From Hamiltosporidium tvaerminnensis FI-OER-3-3 (lineage: Eukaryota > Fungi > Microsporidia), in contig CM061251.1 in the NCBI GenBank assembly GCA_022605425.2, positions 1 through 64,000 of the forward strand: 64,000 bases of DNA, in the 5' to 3' direction. The notes under the pieces were generated by a model that did not search any database, had not been told where the DNA came from, and worked only from the letters and a program-made list of their open reading frames with translations. A program made the position numbers and the translations under genes. This document shows positions 26,788 to 35,550 of the stretch, in pieces (the first letter of the stretch is position 1; each line of letters opens with the position of its first letter).

Positions 26788-27617
26788 TTTGCTTTTTTTA
26801 TTCCCCACACTTTATAAAAACTCTTTAAAACTTATTTATGCTTTTTATAAATTGTCTTAAAATTTATTTTTGAAATTTGTACATTTTACAGTAAAAATTT
26901 GTAAAAAATCTTTACAAATTGAAAGAAAAAAAATAAAAAGGAAGAACAAATTTAAAAAAAAGTTCATAAAAAATACCAAAACGCATTTATTTACAAACTG
27001 TCAGTTTATAGAAAGAATTATAAAGCTGAATATCAATATTATAAACGCACGTATAAAATAATGTTTATTTCCTTCTATAGCAAGTCCCATGTATACAAAA
27101 AACAGTGACTGTATAAAAAGAACTTCTCCTTTTAAAAAGGGGTGTTTTATTTATGTGTCTATCAGAAAATACATCCTCATTGGTCAGAACAGGTCTGCGA
27201 ATGAATTTCATCATTTAAACACAGGGGTTTTTAAATAAATGAATATATATAATTTTATGTGGTAATACGATTATAGGTTAACGAATAAAAAGGTGTTAAT
27301 TATTAGAATATATGTTTAAAGGGTGTTAGTAACAAGTATATGTATGAGGGTGGTAATTATTAGAATGTATGTTTAAAGGGTTTTATTAAGTGTAGTTGTT
27401 AATACGGTGTTAAATGTTTATTACACTACAATTTTCTTAAACCAAAATTTCTGTAAAAAAAAATATTTTTTAAAAACTTAGAAAAAATTGAAAAACTCAA
27501 AAAAATAAGAAAAATATAGGAAAGTAAGAAACAGATAACAATTTAAAAAACTAAGAAAAACTAAAATGTAAGAAGAATTAAGGAAAATGTAAGAAAATTA
27601 TAGAAGTATTCAGAAAA

Positions 27618-27716
27618 CATAAGAAATTAAAAAAAAATATAAGAAATTAAAAAAAAATATAAGAAATTAAAAAAAACAAAGGAAATTAAAAAGAACATAG
27701 GAAATTAAAAAAATCT
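27618..27716. repeat. ~20-bp tandem repeat ATAAGAAATTAAAAAAAAAT
   Basis: About five units, the first three nearly identical. Confidence 0.75.
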
Positions 27717-27834
27717 ATGACGCAAAAATAAAAAAAGAAGCAAGAAATAAAAAAAGCCCAAAAAATTTAAGAAAAACTAAGAAAAAAAGGAGAAATAAAA
27801 ATTTATTAAATAAAGAGAATAAAAAGAAGGGCAA

Positions 27835-28101
27835 ATGGATAGAAAAATAATCTTAGAAAATGCACTTAAAAGACTTTTAAAAGAGAAGAAATATTATTTA
27901 AAAGAATTAGAAAAGCTTAAAAGTAAAGAGAGTAATAATATGGATGAATATGAAATACGTAAGTATAATGAAAAGTGTAGTGAGTGTGTTGGTTGTATCA
28001 GTGAGTGTAATATTAATATACAAAAGTTTTGTTGTGAGTTAAAAGATATTTTAGAGAAAAGTGGAGACAATAGCGAGGTATTGAAAGAAATAGAATGTTA
28101 G
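27835..28101 (+). CDS. TBCA: Tubulin-specific chaperone A (TBCA/Rbl2)-like, 88 aa
   Basis: ILENALKRLLKEKKYYLKE and DEYEIRKY..SEC match TBCA IKxxxxKRLxKExxxYxKE / DxYxIKKQ; GGG upstream of the ATG. Confidence 0.8.
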   Translation: MDRKIILENALKRLLKEKKYYLKELEKLKSKESNNMDEYEIRKYNEKCSECVGCISECNINIQKFCCELKDILEKSGDNSEVLKEIEC

Positions 28102-28219
28102 TGTTAATTATGGAAAAGAAGGGTTTTTAAGTGATGATTGATATATGGGTTAGTATCCTGGATAAAAAAGTAAAAGGGTCTTGTTTAAGGGGGGTTTCGG
28201 GATCAGTATTTTTACGTTA

Positions 28220-28485
28220 ATTAAAGGGGTCTTATTTATTATGTCTTTTTTTATTTAAATTTACAAATAAAGGGGGCTTAATAAACAGTTTATTTTACGG
28301 TAATTAAAGGGGTCTTATTTATTATGTCTTTTTTTATTTAAATTTACAAATAAAGGGGTCTTAATAAACAGTGAGTTAACAGTAATTAAAGGGGTCTTAA
28401 TATATGCTAATATTTGAAAGTAAATATACAAATAAAGGGGTCTTAATAAACAGTATTATTATTATAATTTAAAGGGGTCTTATTA
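28220..28485. repeat. ~83-bp minisatellite with seven AAAGGGGTCTTA cores
   Basis: Cores at about 28223, 28269, 28306, 28352, 28388, 28434 and 28471 (two per 82-83-bp unit). Confidence 0.85.
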
Positions 28486-28608
28486 ATTTCTAATTTCTAC
28501 AGAATTTTCTAGCTAAGATTTACGTTTAAAGAAATTTTTTAATCATTTTGTGGTACAAAGTTTCATTTTTATTCTTTTATTTGTATTTTCCGTGTTACAG
28601 AAAAAAAA

Positions 28609-30381
28609 ATGATAGGGAAAATATTTATAGGTAAATTACCTACAAATGTAGAGAAGATATGTGGTTATGGAGATGAGGTGGTAATTAAAGGAAAGGATAA
28701 ATTGTATTTTTACAATTTAGTAGGTAAAATATATAAGGATGTGGTATGTGACATGGAAATAGAGAAGATGGTGGTAGTAGATGAATATTTGGTGGTATTG
28801 AGTGAAGACGGACGTTTATATTCCATGGTATTAGGTGGGTGTGAGTTAGAAATGGTGGCAAATAATGTTAAGGTGTTTAAGGTATTTAAAAAGGTGTATT
28901 TTATATGGAGATGTGGTGTTTACAGATTAAAGATAACGAGTGAGGGAATTAAAAAAATGAGAATTTGTAATTTTGAGGAAGGAATAACCGATTTTTGTAT
29001 TTTTGAGAACAAAATAAATTTGGTGGTGAAAAAAAAAGTATATTTTGGATATTTCGATTATAGAAAAAAAGATTCCAATATTTTTGGGGAAGCTTCTTTT
29101 TTAGAGAATTTGGATGTGTATAAGATAGAGTTTTGTGTTACAGGTTGGTGTGTGTTTGAAAATCAAACCGATTTATTTATTTTAAGTCCCAACTGTTTAT
29201 ATTCTGTAATCAAAAAACCAGAAAAATTTTATAAATTTTTCTTAACTAAATTTCACATTTTTATTTTAAGTGAAAAAGTACAAATTTATTCTTTATTGGA
29301 TTTTAAATTGGTGAGAGAATTATCATTAACTGCATTTGGGGGTAATTATGACAATATATATGAATGTATATGGCTCTATTCTAATATATTATATGAATTT
29401 AATATAAATGAATGTAATAATAATATATATCAGAGTTTGATACAAAATAAGTTATTTAGAGTGGCATTCAAATGCTTTCCAATAGAATTTAAAAATATAT
29501 TTTTAAATTATTCTATTTATAATTTTGATAGATCAATTGTAAAAAACGGTATAAAATTTTATGTTTTATCTGGACAAAAAATAAACTTTGAACAGAAAAA
29601 TATTATAACTATTCTCAGAAATAAGAAAGACAATACAGATTTTTACAATTTAAAGTTTGTATTTAATTGTAAGTCTATAAATGTAAGTCACAGAATAAGT
29701 TTAAAGGTGATTATTGAGTTTCTATATAAAAGATTTAAACTTTTTTACAAAGATTACGATTTTCTTGGATATTTTTTTTATCTAATCAAAGATGTAAAAA
29801 ATTTTAAGCGATTAGTGAGACATCTGAAGAAGAAAAATTTAAATTTAAATTTTATTTTAAGAAAGAGATATCTTATCAAATCAAACACTGATTTGCATTT
29901 AATTGCTTATTATTATAAAAAAACAGATTTTTTGAAACTCTTAGAATTTTATTTTGAAACGAAATCTTTTAAAAAATTTTGCAATTTACTGATCAAAAAG
30001 CCGAAATATTGTACCAGAGAAAACCTTTACAAATACATTTCAATTGTTGTTTTATTTAAATCAAAAAGAATCACCAAAATATTTTCTGATATGTTTAATA
30101 CACACGTATTATATTATATGACAAAGCATAAGGATTATAGAAATCTTTTTTTCTATTTAAAAAATCACTTTTGCTTTTCTTCTGACACACAACTCGTCTG
30201 TAAGATTGTAATTACTGCTGAACAATCTCTGAAATTTAAAATTTTGAAAATGTTTTGGACAAAGAAAGAAACAAATGATAATTATTTTACTTTTTACAAC
30301 ACACTTAAGTTTTTAGTGTTTAAAATTACAAATATTAAAATATCAGATAAAAGTAATCATTCAATTGTATTAAAATACTGA
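28609..30381 (+). CDS. Divergent VPS18/PEP3-like protein (beta-propeller + helical region), 590 aa
   Basis: LTKFHIFIL and IWLYSNILYEFNINE...IYQSLIQNKLFRVA resemble Vps18 LTxFHxLLL and FWxYxxxxIFExxxxxE..WxxYLxxxxFxxA; a long ORF in very AT-rich DNA. Confidence 0.55.
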   Translation: MIGKIFIGKLPTNVEKICGYGDEVVIKGKDKLYFYNLVGKIYKDVVCDMEIEKMVVVDEYLVVLSEDGRLYSMVLGGCELEMVANNVKVFKVFKKVYFIWRCGVYRLKITSEGIKKMRICNFEEGITDFCIFENKINLVVKKKVYFGYFDYRKKDSNIFGEASFLENLDVYKIEFCVTGWCVFENQTDLFILSPNCLYSVIKKPEKFYKFFLTKFHIFILSEKVQIYSLLDFKLVRELSLTAFGGNYDNIYECIWLYSNILYEFNINECNNNIYQSLIQNKLFRVAFKCFPIEFKNIFLNYSIYNFDRSIVKNGIKFYVLSGQKINFEQKNIITILRNKKDNTDFYNLKFVFNCKSINVSHRISLKVIIEFLYKRFKLFYKDYDFLGYFFYLIKDVKNFKRLVRHLKKKNLNLNFILRKRYLIKSNTDLHLIAYYYKKTDFLKLLEFYFETKSFKKFCNLLIKKPKYCTRENLYKYISIVVLFKSKRITKIFSDMFNTHVLYYMTKHKDYRNLFFYLKNHFCFSSDTQLVCKIVITAEQSLKFKILKMFWTKKETNDNYFTFYNTLKFLVFKITNIKISDKSNHSIVLKY

Positions 30382-31164
30382 AAATTTGCTCTAAATTTTA
30401 AATAAATATTAATTTGAGAGGTAGTGATTGAGAAAGCCATAAACAATCTTAAATCTTAACTTTAGTCTTTTGTTAACACTTATTTTTACATAGGAGAAGT
30501 AAAAACAAAAAAAAATACTTAAAATCTGAAGTTTGCTTTTAAGAATAGAATAGAATGTTTTATTTCCAGATTTTAATATAAACTAAGCTTAAATTAAATT
30601 TTATTTAAACATGCTCTTTAGTCTATAAAATGTTCTGTACGAAACAAATAATTGAAAAATATATTTTTTCTAATTAATTTGATTTTTAGTAATCTCCAAT
30701 TAAGAAAATAATATAAATTTAATAAAATATTTTTTTGGTGTATAATGTAAGTATATAATTGTATACTTATACACTAAGAGTATTAAAATATTAACTTTAA
30801 TCGTAATTAGTTTATAACTTATATTTATTCTCTATTTTTCTTAAATTTTTTTTATTAAATATTTTGTTTAAACAAATTTACCAAAAAGACAAATTGATAA
30901 AAAAATGTAATAATTTTATTCTAAAAGATAATTTTTTAAAAAATTGAATAAAATGTATTTTTGATTTTAATTTATCATTTTAAGAAAATGCAAAACAAAA
31001 TATTAAAATTTATGATAATTAAAGCAATTTGATGTTTTATAGAAATAAATTTTATGTAATGTTTTTTTATTAAATCTATGATTTATAATTATAAAAAAAT
31101 ATATTCTTAAAATCCAGATTGTAATTATTTTATTTTATTAAGATTTTCTAATTAAATATATTCC

Positions 31165-31349
31165 TAAGATTGTAATTATAAATTTATATTAATGCTATTC
31201 ATAAGATTGTAATTATAGATTTATATTAATGATATTAATAAGATTGTAATTATAGATTTATATTAATGATATTCATAAGATTCTAATTATAGATTTATAT
31301 TAATGCTATTCATAAGATTGTAATTATAAATTTATATTAATGATATTCT
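31165..31349. repeat. 37-bp tandem repeat x5 (TAAGATTGTAATTATARATTTATATTAATGMTATTCA)
   Basis: Unit starts at 31165, 31202, 31239, 31276 and 31313; degenerate units flank the array. Confidence 0.92.
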
Positions 31350-31788
31350 TATCTAAGTTATTCTTAAGATTACAATTTTTTAAAAAGATATTCTTAAGAT
31401 TGTAATTATTCTGTATTAATGATATTCTTAAGAATTATAGTCTTGAGTTTTCTAACAAATGGCATTCTGTAATTTTAAATAATTTTTTATTCAAATAAAG
31501 TTATTTCTATAGATTATAATTTTATTTGAAAGTAAAAGATTAAAAAATAATATTTTATAAAACTTTAGATTTGGTTGGTTTTTGTCAATATATTTATTTC
31601 TTAATAAAGAAACATAATTTAAAAGAAATTGAAATTTTAAAAAAATCATTATCAGTGACCAATAATATTAACTTTGGCAATTTATTGTTTTTAGATTCCA
31701 AAAATTTACCTTAAACGGGATATATTAAAGGAGGGAATTCTCCTTTAAGTCTACATTATTTTTAAATTTTTTTCATCTAAAAAAACAC

Positions 31789-32328
31789 ATGGTTCTTCAT
31801 AATAGCGATATAGATAATACAGTGTGTCATATGGATGAAACGTATGATGCTAATTTTGGAGAATGGATACGTAATGAAGAGAATGCACGTATAGTTGGCT
31901 GCAATCTAAAGAAATATATAAATGAGTACCAAATAGCAGATTTTGTGGTGGTTCTAAAATGGATAGTTAAAGATTGGACATTACGATCTATTATAGTTTT
32001 GGTAAAGAAAATGATTGTAGATGATTTATATAGATCTTCTAAAACCGAGTATAAAAGACGAATTCAACTTATAAAAGAGCTTATATGTACATGGAATCCT
32101 ATATTTATATGTGAATTTATACTTTCGGTTACTAAAAATTTTACTGTATCAGAAAAAGTAAAATTTATTACACATCTGTTGTCATCAATTGAGAAACAAA
32201 AATCTACAGATATTATTTATCATCTTATAGATAAATTAGATCCCAAAGTAAAAAATATGATACGAAGAACACTCGTTGATAGAACTAATAATACTAAAAG
32301 AAACAAAGAAGGCTGTAGAGCTTTATAA
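31789..32328 (+). CDS. Hypothetical alpha-helical protein, 179 aa
   Basis: ATG-initiated ORF with protein-like composition and higher GC than its flanks; AATAAA shortly after the stop. No family recognised. Confidence 0.75.
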   Translation: MVLHNSDIDNTVCHMDETYDANFGEWIRNEENARIVGCNLKKYINEYQIADFVVVLKWIVKDWTLRSIIVLVKKMIVDDLYRSSKTEYKRRIQLIKELICTWNPIFICEFILSVTKNFTVSEKVKFITHLLSSIEKQKSTDIIYHLIDKLDPKVKNMIRRTLVDRTNNTKRNKEGCRAL

Positions 32329-33313
32329 CGAATAAAAAATTGTAGAAATTAAAATACAAAAAATCGACCAATTGAATGATAAATCAAACCTACATATATA
32401 CGTAATTTGTTTTATTAAATATTTATTTTACGTTTTTTATATATTATAGTTTAAATTTTTCGAGTTACACTTTTTAGAAAAAACGTTTTAACACTTAAGT
32501 TCTTTTTTTATACATATTAATGTTTTCTAATTTATTTGTCTTTTAATAAATAAATTTCGAATACAAATTTAATATGGTTAGCTTATCAAAGATTAATTCG
32601 TAATGAATAATATGCCTAACTTTTTTGAAAAAATATATTTTATAACAATAAACTATCATCTAGATTTATTATCCTTGAACATAATAAATAAATATGTTTT
32701 ATTAAGTTTACTACTTTTCTATAAATATCTTGGTCGATTATAAAGTTTTTTAAAGCCCAAATAAATCCGTCCCTAAGTCATTTTTTAAGAATCAAAATAT
32801 GTAAAAAAATATATTATCTATATTTGAGCAAAATTCAATTTTAAAAAAGATCAATCTTTCCTTTATAATTAACTAAATAGTATGATAGAATCATTAAATA
32901 AAATTTTAAATAAATAAATATAAATCTAAAAAACATTAGATTTTTAAATGAAATTATTGTGAAAAAATATTTTTATTGATTTTTCTAAATTAAACTAATA
33001 TGTTTTAATCATTTTTCATTCAATAAATACTTTTATTTGTAATATTACATGAAAATACATAAAAAGCACAAATGAATAAAAAAAATGATTATTTTAAAAG
33101 AAGTTGGCTGAAAGTGTAAGAAGTAGGTAGTATGTTAGGTTTTTCCTTTAAATAATTGTATAAAATACTATAAATTTACAAAATTTCTAGAAATATAATA
33201 TATGTCATTTTTTTTCTAAAAAATCCATAATTTTCTTTTTATCGTAAATTAAATAAATTAAAATTCAATTTTGTAAATAAAACAAATTAATATTTTTTGT
33301 TAAAAATAAGAAA

Positions 33314-34050
33314 GTGGAGGGAGGATAACCACATAAAAAACTTTCTGCTTGGCAATGAGTGTGTGAAACTGGTGTGAGATCATTGTTTGGATTTTTGGTG
33401 GGAATAAAACCACACTACATCTTCGGTTGTTCCATGGGAGTTGTTATGAGGAGGAGAGGTCTAAGAAATGGAGAAACTTTTTCCACAAATTTATTTGTAG
33501 TTTTTTATGTAACCAGATTGCAGACCGCAGCTGAACATGTAGGTAATTGCCATGTAAAAACATGGAAACCTAGCCTTGCTCACTCGGGTTAGAAGACTTA
33601 GCGCCTGGGAGATATAAAACAAAAAACCATTTAAAGCCGGGAGAGCTAAGTAGCAGGTTATACCTGTTGGTATGACATTGCACTGTCTAGGTGGACCCCA
33701 TGCAAATCTCTGAAATATATCTTAGCTAGAAGTTTATTGGGTTCAGAAAGTGTAGAGTAAGTGGGAATGCTGCATAGTCTTGGGGGAGCCCAGGGGGGGC
33801 TTCGGCCTTCGATCACACTCCATGCAACGGACATTAACGAACTCCGGGCAACTTCCTCGCCTATTAATTAGGTTCTACACACCTGGTAAATGAAAGGCTT
33901 TGGGACGTAGGTATCGCAGGGTTACCGATGGAGTGTTGGGGTAGCAGTCATTTATGTTAAACCTAGAACTGCGTTAATGTCATGAAAACAAATATAACAC
34001 TTGCCACTGTTTTAAAAAAGATGTGATACTTTTAAATAAAGTTTATTTTA
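33314..34050 (+). mobile_element. ~720-nt structured non-coding SINE-like element (copy A) with 19-bp TSD
   Basis: TTTTGTTAAAAATAAGAAA at 33295-33313 and 34051-34069; near-identical to 44461-45185; GC-rich relative to flanks; many internal helices. Confidence 0.92.
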
Positions 34051-34689
34051 TTTTGTTAAAAATAAGAAAATATTTTAAATTATCTGCAAATTTATAATAT
34101 TTAGAAAGAATTTGGAATAAAAACCAAAAATACGTTTTAATTGTAAAAATTTATCATATTTTACAGATTTAGGATTATTTTTCAAGAAATTTAAAATATG
34201 TTTTTTTATAAGAATTTAAATTTTTTTCAAAACTTTAGCTATAAAATAATAATTACTTTTTAAGTTTTTACATGCGAAAAAAAAATATTTTGTAAAATAC
34301 GATCGAATTAGGATAAATCATGTGGAAGACTTAAAGAGTTATTTTTTGATGTAAATCATAGGGAATATTTAAATATTATTAAAAAATTAGACATATGTGA
34401 ATGCAATATTTGATTTACTTTATATCTTAAGAAAATTAATTGGTACCTTGGGTCACCATGGGTTATATGTCTACATATATCGAGAATCTGTAAAAACAAT
34501 GTATAAAATCCAAATGTCCATCCGAAAACCCTCATTACCAATTCTAATATCTTTTCGTATAAAAATGACTTTATATTTTCGATCACAAAACTCAAAAGTC
34601 TTGATTTTTCTAAACTATGAAATACTTTTGTAAATAAATTTTAATTATATTCTGGATAAAATTCTAAAAACTTAATCTCTGAAATATCT

Positions 34690-35550
34690 TTTTTAAGGTC
34701 AAAATGGAAGGCTGTTTAGGAAATATATAGTCAAATAAAAGCCAAAAATCACTAAAGATTCCAAAAATTATCAATGAAAATACAGATATTCTATAGGGCC
34801 CTTCATCTGGCACAATTCTTATTCTTAAGTTTTTCGCTCATGATTGATGGAACTTGAATTTCGCTGTAACAATGAGATAGATTAAAACGATAAAAAAATG
34901 GAAAATAATGGATTGGCTTAATAGATACTAAAGCGGATAGTTCGTCTGAACACTAATATAATTAAGGATAAGAATCATGCGAAAAACTTCGAGGCATGGT
35001 ACTCCGTGTTCTTGGAATTCCCTTATAGTAGTTTATTAGGAACTACATCTTTGTAGAAGGAATTATCATTCCGACGTATATTTTCAAAAGGTTTATCTTG
35101 TAAATATTTGAACAATATGCACCTATTCTGGATCAGAAAACAGCAAGTTATATTTACAGATATTAAAGAAATATCTAATGCAATCTAAACAAATTTTATT
35201 GCATATAAATTAACATTTAGACCAATGTTGTGTGAATGTTAGTAAAGGAAAAAGCAAATAGAATTTAGTTTTAATAGTTCAAATGAAATATAATTTACAG
35301 CAAGCCATGAAATGATAGTTTGGTTTACTGGTCTAAAGGCAGCTAAGAACTGCAATAAAGGGCCTTCTAGGTTGCATTGGAAGGCGATAGTTTAATATAA
35401 AATAACTGCCGATGAAAAATTTTTGAAAAAAGGCAAAAGAAGTGTACGTAAATGAATTATAAACAAAAAAAAGTTTTACTTCGACAGAATGAAAGTTAAA
35501 ATTAAAATTGGAATACTATATGATGTACCACATGAGAATCTGGATACATT
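34690..35550 (+). mobile_element. Possible very decayed non-LTR RT remnant
   Basis: Scraps YRALHL, EGIIIP, FTDI and KLEYY in RT-like order; weak. Confidence 0.25.

Noticed and set aside
31165-31349. CRISPR-like periodicity
   Set aside because: Units are contiguous with no unique spacers; eukaryotic context.
33448-33530. RNase P-like CR-I (GGAGAGGTCTAAG) and CR-V (ACCAGATTGCAGACC) resemblance
   Set aside because: Only ~55 nt separate them, too little for the intervening RNase P domains; a simple GGTCT/AGACC stem explains it.
33359-33592. 77-aa ORF repeated at 44506-44739
   Set aside because: GTG start, lies inside the repeat, and is broken by indels or deletion in copies C, D and E; conservation reflects copy identity.
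33583-33594. Element as telomerase RNA (CTAACCC on the minus strand)
   Set aside because: Only 7 nt, on the strand opposite the inferred RNA, and not conserved in copies C and D.
33311-34010. Twister, HDV-like or hammerhead ribozyme (GTGGAGGG start, TAACAC..GCC end, TTCCTCG)
   Set aside because: Required partner strands are missing, TTCCTCG varies between copies and there is no CTGANGA core; a formal covariance search is still worthwhile.
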